Below, one piece after another: positions 36,139-46,657 of a stretch of DNA of 57,818 bases (position 1 is the first letter of the stretch; every line of letters begins with the position of its first letter). Under the pieces are notes generated by a model. The model had not been told where the DNA came from and did no database searches. It saw only the letters and a list, made by a program, of their open reading frames with translations. This stretch comes from Candidatus Omnitrophota bacterium (GTDB taxonomy: Bacteria; Omnitrophota; Gorgyraeia; Gorgyraeales; Gorgyraeaceae): assembly GCA_042570105.1 (NCBI GenBank), contig JBHPHW010000003.1:1-57818 (forward strand). Reading direction: 5' to 3'. A program made the translations under genes and the position numbers.

Positions 36139-36598
36139 TTTCTCCTCCTTTCTGTTTCTTTTCTCCTTCTCCTACATGAATATGAATCTTCCGCAATAGA
36201 TAAAGCGAAGCCAACACAATAACAGTTGTTACAAAACCTGCTATGTAGAAGCCGCAGCCAACAGCCAGCCCTATGCCCGAAACAGTCCATAGACTTGCAG
36301 CTGTTGTAAGGCCTGTAATAGATTTCTCGGAACGAATAATCGTTCCCGCCCCTAAAAAACCGATACCTGTTATTACACCTGCTGCTATCCTTGCAGGATC
36401 TACAGGGGTATCTTTTCCATAGAGAAGGAACACGTAAATAGAAGTGAGCATGATAAGCGTAGACCCCACACAAACAAGTATATGAGTCCTGAAACCGGCG
36501 ATTCGCCTATTATGCCTCTCCCTTTCAAAACCTATAAGCCCTCCTAATACCGCGCCTGTCAGTAATCTCAAAACTATCTGTAGATCAGTAAGCATCAC
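36131..36598 (-). CDS. MgtC/SapB family membrane protein (membrane domain only)
   Basis: LIGFERE, AGFRTHILV, DPARIAAGVITGIGFLGAG, GLTTAASLW. Confidence 0.93.
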   Translation of the reverse strand: MMLTDLQIVLRLLTGAVLGGLIGFERERHNRRIAGFRTHILVCVGSTLIMLTSIYVFLLYGKDTPVDPARIAAGVITGIGFLGAGTIIRSEKSITGLTTAASLWTVSGIGLAVGCGFYIAGFVTTVIVLASLYLLRKIHIHVGEGEKKQKGGENG

Positions 36599-37593
36599 TT
36601 TTCTCCCTTGTTATTCGCAGTTATCTCCAAACTAGACCTGACCCCTTTCTTATACAACTTATAAGCCAGGCCTGCGATCATAGCTGCGTTATCCGAACAC
36701 AATTCAAGTGGCGGAAAGTATAAACTAAAACCTCTAAACATCGATTCTCTTGTGATCATTTCCCTGAATCTGGAATTTGCGCTTACCCCTCCTCCGACAA
36801 CAAGCGTCCTTACATTATGCTTTTCCATGGCCTTTAAACAACTTTCTACGATAAGTTTCAGCACCGCCTCCTGGAAACTCGCAGCAATATCTCCTCGTTC
36901 GCCACTCGTGATCCGTGATCTCTGGGCTTTTACATGATACAAAACAGCTGTCTTAATACCACTAAAACTAAAATTGAGGGATCCATTGACATTTCTGCAG
37001 GTAAACTTAACGGCCCGGGGATCGCCTTTCTTTGCAAGCCTATCTATTATAGGCCCTCCCGGATAGCCCATACCTAAGATCTTTGCTACCTTATCATAGG
37101 CCTCGCCAACTGCATCATCCAGCGTATCCCCCAATATCACAAATGTGTCAGGATCTTCTACAAGAGAGAGTCGCGTATGGCCTCCTGATATAACAAGTCC
37201 TATAAAAGGGTAGCGAGGCGCGCCTTTCAGCATCAAGCTAGAATAGATATGCGCCTTAAGATGATCCACAGCTATCAGAGGAATATCCAGGGCATATGCC
37301 ATTGCCTTTGCGCAAGCTATGCCCGGAAGCAATGCGCCCACTAGACCCGGCCCTTGAGTCACAGCTATAGCATCTAAATCTATCATAGAAACTTTAGCGT
37401 TATATAAGGCGCTTTCTATGACTTTGTCTATATTTTCTACGTGATGCCTTGTCGCAATCTCAGGAATTACCCCGCCAAATCTCTTATGATATCTCAGACT
37501 TGAAGAAATCGCATTGGATAATATCTCTTTTCCGTTTTTTACGACACTTGCGGCTGTCTCGTCGCATGAAGTTTCGATGCCTAATATTAACAT
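36595..37593 (-). CDS. tsaD: tRNA threonylcarbamoyladenosine biosynthesis protein TsaD
   Basis: GIETSCDET, GPGLVGAL, HLKAH, SGGHT, DDAVGEAYDK, SFSGIKT, DNAAMIA. Confidence 0.97.
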   Translation of the reverse strand: MLILGIETSCDETAASVVKNGKEILSNAISSSLRYHKRFGGVIPEIATRHHVENIDKVIESALYNAKVSMIDLDAIAVTQGPGLVGALLPGIACAKAMAYALDIPLIAVDHLKAHIYSSLMLKGAPRYPFIGLVISGGHTRLSLVEDPDTFVILGDTLDDAVGEAYDKVAKILGMGYPGGPIIDRLAKKGDPRAVKFTCRNVNGSLNFSFSGIKTAVLYHVKAQRSRITSGERGDIAASFQEAVLKLIVESCLKAMEKHNVRTLVVGGGVSANSRFREMITRESMFRGFSLYFPPLELCSDNAAMIAGLAYKLYKKGVRSSLEITANNKGEK

Positions 37594-37625
37594 TGGTAAG
37601 TGCGCGAGTACACCACTACACCCCT

Positions 37626-38894
37626 TTATTTTTTTTCGTTGTATATGATTATCCCCTTTAATACATCTGCGGCGCTCAAGATCTGATTATCGTATTCTTC
37701 TTTCTTTTTCTTTTCCATTACTTCTTCTTCGCTCTCTTCTTTTTTGTCCAACAGCTGATCTAATATATCCTCCTCTTTATCCTCTTCCTCTTTAGAAAGT
37801 TCTTCATATTCCACTACTATGTCGGGAACAATGCCTTCTCCGTGAATAGAGCGTTCGTTTGGGGTAAAATATTTACTGGTCGTGAGCCGCACTGCTGAGC
37901 CATCTTGTAAAGGCACCACTGTCTGTACAGATCCTTTTCCAAAGCTCTTTGTGCCCAAGAGAAGCCCCCTTTTATAGTCCTGGATCGCACCTGCGACAAT
38001 CTCAGAAGCAGAGGCGCTCCCTCCATTTATCAAAACAACCATCGGATAATCCAGGTGTTTATTTTTATTATCCGACTTAAATACAAAGTTCTCCTCTAGA
38101 GAGCGCCCTTTTATTGAAACAACAGGTTTTCCTTTTTCCAAAAACCTTCCTGAGACTTCCACTGCTGCATCGAGGAGTCCGCCCGGATTGTTTCTAAGGT
38201 CCAGGATAAGGCCCTTCATCCCTTTCTCCTCTAGATCCATGAGGGCTTTTTGCAGATCCCTGTTAGTCTTCTCTTGAAATTCCGCAAGCCTGATGTAACC
38301 AATACCAGATTCGACTAGTTCTACCTTTTTGATGCTGTCTATCTTTATTATTGACCTCGTAATTGTAAAATCCAGGAGTTTCCTCTCGCTTTCTCTTAGA
38401 ACTGTCATACTGACCTTTGTCCCCGGCTTTCCTCTCAATCTTTTTACTACCTCCAGGAGTGTAAAGTCTTTTGTGATCTCGCCCTCTATTTTAACTATCT
38501 TATCTCCGGCCTTAAGTCCTACTAGATATGCCGGCGTGTCATCTATGGGGGATATTATAGTGGGGAGGCTGTCTTTTATAGTGATCTCTATCCCTATGCC
38601 TCCGAATTCGCCTTCGGTCTCTATCTTCATCTCATTGTATGTTTCAGGGTCCATAAACTGGCTATATGGGTCCAGAGACGAAAGCATACCTTTAAGGGCG
38701 CCGTATATAAGATCCTTTGATTGCGCCTGCTCCACGTAATCCGAACGTATGATACTGACCGCGTCAGAAAACAACTCAAGTTCTTTGTATAGATCATCCG
38801 GAGGTTGAGACTTCTCAGCAAAGCCAATATTGGACATCAAAAAGCCTGCCAGAAAACCAACCGTAACCATTAATAAAGTAGTCTTTTTATTCAT
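37626..38894 (-). CDS. carboxyl-terminal processing protease (S41, PDZ)
   Basis: LDPYS, GIGIEI PDZ, DLRNNPGGLL, SASASEIVAG, SFGKGSVQ. Confidence 0.94.
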   Translation of the reverse strand: MNKKTTLLMVTVGFLAGFLMSNIGFAEKSQPPDDLYKELELFSDAVSIIRSDYVEQAQSKDLIYGALKGMLSSLDPYSQFMDPETYNEMKIETEGEFGGIGIEITIKDSLPTIISPIDDTPAYLVGLKAGDKIVKIEGEITKDFTLLEVVKRLRGKPGTKVSMTVLRESERKLLDFTITRSIIKIDSIKKVELVESGIGYIRLAEFQEKTNRDLQKALMDLEEKGMKGLILDLRNNPGGLLDAAVEVSGRFLEKGKPVVSIKGRSLEENFVFKSDNKNKHLDYPMVVLINGGSASASEIVAGAIQDYKRGLLLGTKSFGKGSVQTVVPLQDGSAVRLTTSKYFTPNERSIHGEGIVPDIVVEYEELSKEEEDKEEDILDQLLDKKEESEEEVMEKKKKEEYDNQILSAADVLKGIIIYNEKK

Positions 38895-40321
38895 GCTCCT
38901 CCTTTTAGCTTTTCCTTCAGGATTACATTTACCTTTTTGGGATTTGCCTTACCTTTTGTCTTTTGCATTACCTTTCCGACCAGAAATATAATCGCATTTT
39001 CCTTGCCGCCTTTAAAATCATTGACTGACTTTTGATTTTCAGTTATAACCTCTTCTACTGCCTTTTCTATTGCCCCTTCATCAGAGATCTGTTCAAGGCC
39101 TTTTTCCTTTACTAAAAGCCCTGGGGGCTTCTTTGTCTCTATTATCTCTATTAAAAGGGTCTTTGCGATCTTCCCGCTAATCAGGCCTTGATCTATCATA
39201 CCAAGCATACCCGCAAGATGCTCTATTTTCAAGTCCAGTTCATTGATCGTAAGGTTTTTCTCCTTCATATATGCGGCTATATCCCCCATGAGCCAGTTTG
39301 CCACTATCTTTGGCTTTTTATATAGAGAGGCGCTCTCCTCAAAATAATCAGCGGTCTTTTTATCACTGACCAGGACCTTTGCATCGTAGTCAGTTAGTCC
39401 GTAATCTTTTATAAACCTCTTCTTTCTTGGCTCTGGGAGTTCTGGTATCCCCTTTTCAATATCATTCAAAAAACTATCTTCAAAATCAAACGGCACAAGG
39501 TCCGGTTCTAGAAAATATCTATAATCATGCGCCTCCTCTTTGGACCTCATGGATTCTGTAATGGCGGCCTTTGAATTAAAAAGTCTTGTTTCCTGTATTA
39601 TCTTTTTACCGTCTCTAAGCAAGTCTATTTGCCTGCCCCGCTCATATTGTAAGGCGGCCTTCACGGCCTTAAATGAATTCATATTCTTTATCTCTGCTTT
39701 AACGCCAAGTTCCTTGGAACCTTGCTTTCGCATAGAGATGTTGGCGTCACACCTCAGGCTCCCTTCTTCCATATTGCAATCAGAGACATCTATATACTCC
39801 AGGATCGATTTGAGGGCTGTAAGGTACTCATATGCCTCGTCTGGAGAATTCATGTCAGGCTCGCTTACGATCTCCAATAAAGGTATGCCGGAGCGATTAA
39901 AATCTATGAGGCTCGAGCGTTCTTGATGCAAGAGCTTGCCTGTATCCTCCTCCAGGTGGACCTTTCTTATCTTGACGCACCTTTCTTTGCCATTTATTAA
40001 TATTGGGAGGTTTCCATGCTGCGCCAGGGGTTGGTTAAATTGGGAGATCTGATAATCCTTCGGAAGATCCGGATAAAAATAATTCTTTCTATCAAACCTG
40101 ATCTTTTTTGCGACTTGCGCGTTAAGTGAGATACTAACTTTTATAGCAAGTCTTAAGGCATCTTTATTTAATACCGGAAGCGAGCCCGGTAATCCGAGAC
40201 AGACAGGACAGGTCTGTGTATTGGGCTGAGCCCCGAAATTTGTAGAGCATCCACAAAAAGCCTTGGTTTTTGTATTAAGCTCTACATGGACTTCTAGTCC
40301 GATGACAGTTTCGTAAGACAT
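38891..40321 (-). CDS. gatB: Asp/Glu-tRNA amidotransferase subunit B
   Basis: IGLEVHVEL, DRKNYFYPDLPK, HLEEDTGK, EGSLRCDAN, DYRYF. Confidence 0.97.
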   Translation of the reverse strand: MSYETVIGLEVHVELNTKTKAFCGCSTNFGAQPNTQTCPVCLGLPGSLPVLNKDALRLAIKVSISLNAQVAKKIRFDRKNYFYPDLPKDYQISQFNQPLAQHGNLPILINGKERCVKIRKVHLEEDTGKLLHQERSSLIDFNRSGIPLLEIVSEPDMNSPDEAYEYLTALKSILEYIDVSDCNMEEGSLRCDANISMRKQGSKELGVKAEIKNMNSFKAVKAALQYERGRQIDLLRDGKKIIQETRLFNSKAAITESMRSKEEAHDYRYFLEPDLVPFDFEDSFLNDIEKGIPELPEPRKKRFIKDYGLTDYDAKVLVSDKKTADYFEESASLYKKPKIVANWLMGDIAAYMKEKNLTINELDLKIEHLAGMLGMIDQGLISGKIAKTLLIEIIETKKPPGLLVKEKGLEQISDEGAIEKAVEEVITENQKSVNDFKGGKENAIIFLVGKVMQKTKGKANPKKVNVILKEKLKGGA

Positions 40322-40370
40322 GGTATTTATTATCTACCCTTCGATGGGCCTTGCGAGCCTCAACAAGCGC

Positions 40371-41822
40371 CTAAGTTAGTTTCGGACGTTTTTTATGCCA
40401 TTCTGTATTCTGCTCGTAATTGTATGCTACCCTTAAAATAGTCTCCTCATTAAATGCTCTGCCAAGTATCTGAAGTCCTATAGGTAGACCTTCTTTTGTA
40501 AATCCGCAAGGGACAGATACCCCAGGGATACCCGCCAGATTAGCAGATATTGTAAAAATATCAGAAAGATACATGGTGAGGGGATCCTTTATCTTTTCTC
40601 CTATTTTAAATGCGGCAGTCGGAGAAGTAGGGGTAATAATGCAATCGTATTTCTTGAAGGCTTCGTCAAAATCCTTTTTCATCAAGGTCCTGACCTTTAA
40701 TGCGCGCAAATAATAAGCATCGTAATAGCCGCTGGATAAGGCAAATGTCCCAAGTATGATCCTTCTTTTAGCCTCGTCTCCAAAACCAGCCTTTCTTGTC
40801 TTTTTATACATATCTATAATAGACTTTGCCTCGCGGGACCTTAAGCCATACTGCACGCCATCAAACCTTGCTAGATTTGAACTGGCCTCAGCCGTTGCAA
40901 CTAAATAATAAACACTCACTGCGTATTCTGTGTGCGGCAAGCTCATCTCTTCGCATACTGCACCTAATCCCTCTATCCTTTCTATTACGCGCTGGATAGA
41001 GGCCTTCACTTCATCATCCATCCCCTTAATAAAATATTCTTTTGGAATACCTACCTTCAGACCTTTTATATCCCGCTTTATAAGAGACGGATAATCAGGA
41101 ACCTTCACTTCTACGGAGGTCGAATCCATATTATCTTTACCGGATATAACCTTCAATAAAAGGGCTGCATCCTCAACATCCTTCGTAAGAGTCCCTATCT
41201 GGTCCAGGGAGGATGCAAATGCTATAAGGCCATACCTGGAAACCCTGCCATATGTCGGTTTTAACCCAACCACTCCACAGAGTGAGGCAGGCTGCCTGAC
41301 TGAGCCTCCTGTATCTGAACCAAGAGCAAATATCCCTTCATCTGCTGCAACGCATGCTGCAGATCCGCCGCTAGACCCCCCGGGGATCCTGTCTAGGTCC
41401 CATGGATTTCTGGTTGTCCCGTAATAGGAACTTTCGGTAGAAGAACCAAACGCAAACTCATCCATATTGGTCTTCCCCATCAATACCGCGCCCTCTTGTA
41501 GCAATTTATCGATAACTGTAGCATTATAAGGCGGCCTAAATCCTTCGAGTATTTTAGAAGAGCACGTAGTAAGTTCATCCCTTACGCATATATTATCCTT
41601 TATAAAAATAGGCAATCCCCAAAGTGTTTTTGATCTATCTTTTTCTTTAAGGGCGCTGCACCTTTTAAGGGCCTCTTCGCTATCAAAATGCGCCAAGGCA
41701 TTCAGCTTTGTCTCTATTTTAGATATACTTTCGATGTTGCTTTTACATATATCTATAGGGGATATCTCTCCCTTATTAAGTCGCTCAAGAAGTTCATGTG
41801 CAGGTAGACTAGTAAGTTCCAT
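40371..41822 (-). CDS. gatA: Asp/Glu-tRNA amidotransferase subunit A
   Basis: KTNMDEFAFGSS, GGSSGGSAA, GSDTGGSVRQPA, SNLARFDG. Confidence 0.97.
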   Translation of the reverse strand: MELTSLPAHELLERLNKGEISPIDICKSNIESISKIETKLNALAHFDSEEALKRCSALKEKDRSKTLWGLPIFIKDNICVRDELTTCSSKILEGFRPPYNATVIDKLLQEGAVLMGKTNMDEFAFGSSTESSYYGTTRNPWDLDRIPGGSSGGSAACVAADEGIFALGSDTGGSVRQPASLCGVVGLKPTYGRVSRYGLIAFASSLDQIGTLTKDVEDAALLLKVISGKDNMDSTSVEVKVPDYPSLIKRDIKGLKVGIPKEYFIKGMDDEVKASIQRVIERIEGLGAVCEEMSLPHTEYAVSVYYLVATAEASSNLARFDGVQYGLRSREAKSIIDMYKKTRKAGFGDEAKRRIILGTFALSSGYYDAYYLRALKVRTLMKKDFDEAFKKYDCIITPTSPTAAFKIGEKIKDPLTMYLSDIFTISANLAGIPGVSVPCGFTKEGLPIGLQILGRAFNEETILRVAYNYEQNTEWHKKRPKLT

Positions 41823-42112
41823 TATGTCTCTATGATCTTTCGGACTTTAAATAGAGCGCCTTCTCTCTCAGGCGCATTCCTTATAACAGCTGAATCCGGA
41901 AGAGATTTCTTTACGCTGTCTTCTCTGTAAACATTTTTCATTTCCAGAACATGACTGGTAGGCCCGAGATGTTCGACATCCAGATCCTTTAACTTATGGA
42001 CGTATTCCAAGACACGGTCCAGTTGCTTAGTAAAGCTCTCCAGTTCTTTATCATCCAGCTCTAACCGAGCAAGATCCGCCACATATTTAACAGTCTTTTT
42101 TGTTATTGCCAT
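41822..42112 (-). CDS. gatC: Asp/Glu-tRNA amidotransferase subunit C
   Basis: VADLARL, PTSH, RED, NAP; precedes gatA. Confidence 0.93.
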   Translation of the reverse strand: MAITKKTVKYVADLARLELDDKELESFTKQLDRVLEYVHKLKDLDVEHLGPTSHVLEMKNVYREDSVKKSLPDSAVIRNAPEREGALFKVRKIIET

Positions 42113-42129
42113 CGTTTAACCGTACTTGA

Positions 42130-42951
42130 CTACATCGCGTTTACTAAGTCCACAAATTCCTTCAAAGACACAGTCTCGGGCCTCCGGGTTTCTGATATAC
42201 CTGAGTCCCCCAGTAACTTTTTTACTTCCTCTTTGGATTTAAAGATCTTACTTGAATACAAAGAATTCAACATAGTCTTTCTTCGTTTTCCAAAGCATGT
42301 CTTTATTATTCTAAATAGTTTTTCTTCATCCGTCAAGTAAAGACCTTGACGGCGCACATCTAACCTTAAAAAAGATGAGTCCACCTGTGGGACAGGATGG
42401 AAGGCTCTTTTTTTAACCGTAAATAAAATACTGGGCTCTAGATAAAATTGCACAAAACAGGAAATAGAGCCGTAGGTCTTATTGCCCGGTGATGCAGTAA
42501 GTCTTTCTGCAAATTCTTTTTGAACGGTCACAAATAGGGATGTGAAAAAACGCCTGTTCTCTAAAAGATGTATCAGGATAGGGCTCGATATATAATACGG
42601 GAGGTTCCCGACAATTTTTAAACGGGTCCCTTCTTCATTGCCAAACTTGTATTTAAGTATGTCGCCGCGTATTAATTCTAAATTGTTAAAGGAGTTATTA
42701 TGCAAAAGATACTCGTAGAGTCTCTTGTCTTTTTCTATGGCTATCACCCTTTTTGCCCGCCTGCATAATCCTTCGGTGAGCGCGCCCAGCCCCGGGCCTA
42801 TCTCCAATACCGTATCTTCTCCGCACACATCGCTTGAGTCGATTATCTTTTTTTTCGCATTCTGGTCTATAAGAAAACTCTGACCGAGTCGTTTGCTGGG
42901 CCGGATGTTGTATTCTTTGAGAATAGATCTTACTGTGCTTAAAGTCAGCAT
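42130..42951 (-). CDS. rsmA: 16S rRNA dimethyladenosine transferase KsgA
   Basis: KRLGQSFLID, EIGPGLGALT, NLPYYIS, QKE.AER; ATG at 42951 preferred. Confidence 0.94.
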   Translation of the reverse strand: MLTLSTVRSILKEYNIRPSKRLGQSFLIDQNAKKKIIDSSDVCGEDTVLEIGPGLGALTEGLCRRAKRVIAIEKDKRLYEYLLHNNSFNNLELIRGDILKYKFGNEEGTRLKIVGNLPYYISSPILIHLLENRRFFTSLFVTVQKEFAERLTASPGNKTYGSISCFVQFYLEPSILFTVKKRAFHPVPQVDSSFLRLDVRRQGLYLTDEEKLFRIIKTCFGKRRKTMLNSLYSSKIFKSKEEVKKLLGDSGISETRRPETVSLKEFVDLVNAM

Positions 42952-42971
42952 ATCTTTAATACGCTCATGCC

Positions 42972-43808
42972 TTACCCGCGCCTGCACATCTTTACAGCAA
43001 GTTTTATCGCCTCCTTCATAGACCTACTCTCGGCGATGCCTTTTCCAGCTATACTATACGCGGTGCCGTGATCGGGTGAGGTACGGACAAAAGGAAGCCC
43101 CAATGTTACGTTTACGCCATCCTCAAACGCCAGCATCTTAAATGGCCCCAATCCCTGGTCATGATACATCGCGATAACTGCATCAAATCTCCCTTTAAGC
43201 GCCATGTGAAAGACGCTATCTGCAGGTATCGGCCCCTCGATACGGGGAATCACCGACCTTACCTTTTTAATGGCTGGGGCAATAATCTCCTTTTCTTCGA
43301 TACCGGCTAAACCATCTTCTCCACAATGTGGATTTAGTCCAGCTACCCCTATCCTTGGCTTGGGTATCTTAAAGTAATATCTTAACGCCCCCTCAGTCAA
43401 TTTAATTGCGTTACTTATCTTCGCCTCCGTAAGAATACCTGATACCTTTTTTAAGGCTACATGTCGGGTAACGATAGTGACCCTTAAAATGGGACAACAA
43501 AACATCATTGCAAACTTTTTAGTATGCGTGGCCTCGGCAAAGAATTCGGTATGGCCTTTAAATGGTATGCCGGATCTATTTACCAAAGACTTATTTACCG
43601 GAGCGGTAACAACGCCATCGGCCTTCTTTTTTTTCAAAATACAGGCCGCCTTTTTTATAGCGTCGAGGCCTGTTTTATCAGTAGGCTTTATAATGTAAAA
43701 ATCAGCGAGGGTTTTAATGCGAGGGTCTTTTAATGCCTTTTGCGTGACCTCAGGGCCTATCCCTTTTGGATCCCCTGTAGTAATCAGGATGCTTGGTTTC
43801 TTCTTCAT
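42972..43808 (-). CDS. pdxA: 4-hydroxythreonine-4-phosphate dehydrogenase PdxA family (compact)
   Basis: GDPKGIGPE, GHTEF, GLNPH, MYHDQGL, RTSPDHGTA; surA-pdxA-rsmA synteny. Confidence 0.9.
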   Translation of the reverse strand: MKKKPSILITTGDPKGIGPEVTQKALKDPRIKTLADFYIIKPTDKTGLDAIKKAACILKKKKADGVVTAPVNKSLVNRSGIPFKGHTEFFAEATHTKKFAMMFCCPILRVTIVTRHVALKKVSGILTEAKISNAIKLTEGALRYYFKIPKPRIGVAGLNPHCGEDGLAGIEEKEIIAPAIKKVRSVIPRIEGPIPADSVFHMALKGRFDAVIAMYHDQGLGPFKMLAFEDGVNVTLGLPFVRTSPDHGTAYSIAGKGIAESRSMKEAIKLAVKMCRRG

Positions 43809-43809
43809 A

Positions 43810-44760
43810 TTATTTTATAGAAATATAGGCCTTGGACCTTAATTCAGCAAGCCATCCCTCCAATTTTTCTTTAAATTTCTCCTGAAAAAGCATCTTTTTA
43901 ATGCCATTTTTCACTTCTGCAAGGCTCATATAGCCGGAATTTTTGACATCCTCTACTTTAAAAATGTGGTAGCCGACTTTACTTTTTACGGGCCCTGAAA
44001 ATTCTCCCGGCTTTAGTCTAAATATGGCTTCGTCGATTTCCTGCAGCATCTCGCCTCGCCCGATATATCCCATATCCCCGCTTTGTCCTCTATTAGGCCC
44101 TTGGGAATGTTCTTTTGCGAGTTCGCCAAAATCATAACCGCTTTTGAGTCTATCGTAAATATCATTTACCTCCACCTTTGCCAACTCAAAATCTACCTCA
44201 TCTTCAGCCTTTACAAGAATATGTCTTACCTTATATTGTTCTTTGCGGATCAACTCTGGTCTATGTTCTTCATAATACTCGCTTATCTCCGATGGCAAGA
44301 CGCTCACCTTCGATCTTATCATAAAATCTACTATCTTTTTCATCATTATCTGATCCCTGTATCTATTTTTTAGATCTGCCAGGGTGATGCCTTGAGCTTC
44401 GAGCGTCCCGTAAAAATCGCCTTCTGAAGGAAAACCGCTTTTAACATATTCCAATTTCTCGTTTATCTCTCCTTCTGTAACATCTATATTTAATTCTTTT
44501 GCGCGGCTCAGTATAAGTTTGTCTTCTACGATCTGTTTCGGGATATCCCTTTTTACTTCCTCCATTTTTTCCAATAACTTATCTCCCTTATATGTATGCA
44601 CGTACTGCGCATACAAAACCGCCAATAGCTGATCTATATCCTGCTGTGTTATGACCTCATCGTTCACAACAGCAACGACCTTATTGATCACCTGCGCCTC
44701 TATAGAGGCCGGATACAGGACTGTAAGCAAAAGATATATAATTACTGTAAAGCTCTTCAT
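43810..44760 (-). CDS. SurA/PrsA-like parvulin peptidyl-prolyl isomerase
   Basis: Signal peptide, VVAVVNDEVIT, RHILV, FGELAKEHS, GDMG, GYHIFK. Confidence 0.9.
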   Translation of the reverse strand: MKSFTVIIYLLLTVLYPASIEAQVINKVVAVVNDEVITQQDIDQLLAVLYAQYVHTYKGDKLLEKMEEVKRDIPKQIVEDKLILSRAKELNIDVTEGEINEKLEYVKSGFPSEGDFYGTLEAQGITLADLKNRYRDQIMMKKIVDFMIRSKVSVLPSEISEYYEEHRPELIRKEQYKVRHILVKAEDEVDFELAKVEVNDIYDRLKSGYDFGELAKEHSQGPNRGQSGDMGYIGRGEMLQEIDEAIFRLKPGEFSGPVKSKVGYHIFKVEDVKNSGYMSLAEVKNGIKKMLFQEKFKEKLEGWLAELRSKAYISIK

Positions 44761-44767
44761 GATATTT

Positions 44768-46657
44768 TTATTTCTTAAGGGAGGCCACTACCTCTCGCAA
44801 CATCCTGCAATACAGGTCAAACCCTACCTCGGATATATATCCATGTTGTTGTTGGCCTAGAATATTGCCTGCGCCTCTTATCTCCAGATCTTCCATTGCG
44901 ATTTTAAATCCGGAACCCAACTCCCTATAGCGTTCTATCGCCGTCAATCTCCTTTCTGACTTAGTACTTATAACGCGCCCCTTTGGTATTAAAAAATAAG
45001 CATGGGCCTTGTTCTTAAATCTCCCCACCCTCCCTTTTAACTGATATAGATCTGCGAGCCCAAACATATCTGCGCGATTTACTATCAGGGTGTTTGCGTT
45101 CGGTATATCTATCCCAGACTCTATTATAATCGTGCATACGAGGACGTCAATATTTCCTTTTATAAATTCTCTCATTACCTCCTCAAGTTCTTTTGAATGC
45201 ATCCTGCCATGCGCAAGGCCTATCTTCACCTCGGGTATTGATTTTGAAAGCTGTGACGCTATTTTTTCAATACCATCGACCCTATTGTGTACAAAAAAGA
45301 TCTGACCTTTTCTCTTTTTTTCCCTAAGGATAGCGTTCCTTAGAAGCTCTTTATCGTATTCTGCCACTAATACATCGATAGGCAGCCTATCCTGGGGAGG
45401 CGTCTCGATAATAGACATATCTTTAACGCCCATAAGGGACATATATAAAGTTCGCGGTATTGGCGTGGCGGTAAGTGTCAGAACATCCACCAATAATCGC
45501 ATCTTCTTCAACCTTTCCTTATCCCTTACGCCGAATCTCTGTTCCTCATCTATTATAACAAGACCGAGATCTTTAAATTTTATATCCTTCCTTAAAATCG
45601 CATGGGTCCCTATAACTATATCGACACTTCCATTTTTGATGTCTTCAACGATCTCCAAGATCTGGCCTTTGGTCCTGAATCGACTGATCATCTCTATCCT
45701 CACAGGAAAATCCCGCATCCTCTCTTTGAATGTAATAGAGTGCTGCTCTGCAAGGAGCGTTGTCGGGACAAGCATAGCGACCTGTTTGTTATCAAGGACT
45801 GCTTTAAAGGCAGCTCTTAGGGCGATTTCGGTCTTGCCATAGCCCACATCACCGCACAAAAGTCTATCCATCGGCTTTTTTGATTCCATATCTTTCTTTA
45901 CCTCTAGAGAAGAACGTGTCTGGTCAGGGGTCTCTTTAAAATGAAATTGTTTCTCAAACTGCCCCTGCCAATCAGTATCTTCTGAAAACATAAAACCATC
46001 CAGATGGGCCCGCACTGCATTTATCTCCAAAAGTTCAAAGGCCAAAGAGTAAACGCCTTTTTTAACCCTCTCCTTTATACGCTGCCAAGACTTACTTCCC
46101 AGACGGTACAATTTAGGCGGCTTTTTCTCAAAGCCTACGTACCTCTGTATCAGATGCATCTCCTCTATGGGCACTAACAACCTATCGCCATTTCCGTATT
46201 CTATGACAATATGGTCTTTATCTGCGCCTTTGAAGCTTATCTTTTCAAGGCCTCTAAAAATACCTATGCCATGGTCTACGTGAACCACATAGTCATCAAG
46301 CTCGATGTCAACAAATGACTCGAGAGGTACCCTCTCGCCTAATCCAGGCCTCCCCAGCCCTTTTCTCTTTGGATGGAGGCCTAACTTTGGCAGGATTATT
46401 GTCATTGCGTGCTCTTCCATGGGCTCATTAGAGGCTACGCTGAAACTTTTTATAGATTCCACTTTATTTCCTAAAAGCTCGATCCGGACAGGGCCTTCAA
46501 AAGTAGACGGGAATATATCTATTATACCTCCGCGCATACTAAAGTCTCCTGCTTCAGAGATCCTCTGACATCTCTGGTATCCATATTCGGTCAGGTCTCT
46601 CGCAAGAGAATTGTAATTTATATCCTTGTTTTTATAGATCTTTATTGATTCAAACAT
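44768..46657 (-). CDS. mfd: transcription-repair coupling factor, shortened (629 aa)
   Basis: UvrB-like D2 (GDFSMRGGIIDIFP), RID (YVVHVDHGIG), CGDVGYGKTE, DEEQRFG, TATPIPRT, DLEIRGAGN; ends before the TRCF C-terminal domain. Confidence 0.9.
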   Translation of the reverse strand: MFESIKIYKNKDINYNSLARDLTEYGYQRCQRISEAGDFSMRGGIIDIFPSTFEGPVRIELLGNKVESIKSFSVASNEPMEEHAMTIILPKLGLHPKRKGLGRPGLGERVPLESFVDIELDDYVVHVDHGIGIFRGLEKISFKGADKDHIVIEYGNGDRLLVPIEEMHLIQRYVGFEKKPPKLYRLGSKSWQRIKERVKKGVYSLAFELLEINAVRAHLDGFMFSEDTDWQGQFEKQFHFKETPDQTRSSLEVKKDMESKKPMDRLLCGDVGYGKTEIALRAAFKAVLDNKQVAMLVPTTLLAEQHSITFKERMRDFPVRIEMISRFRTKGQILEIVEDIKNGSVDIVIGTHAILRKDIKFKDLGLVIIDEEQRFGVRDKERLKKMRLLVDVLTLTATPIPRTLYMSLMGVKDMSIIETPPQDRLPIDVLVAEYDKELLRNAILREKKRKGQIFFVHNRVDGIEKIASQLSKSIPEVKIGLAHGRMHSKELEEVMREFIKGNIDVLVCTIIIESGIDIPNANTLIVNRADMFGLADLYQLKGRVGRFKNKAHAYFLIPKGRVISTKSERRLTAIERYRELGSGFKIAMEDLEIRGAGNILGQQQHGYISEVGFDLYCRMLREVVASLKK

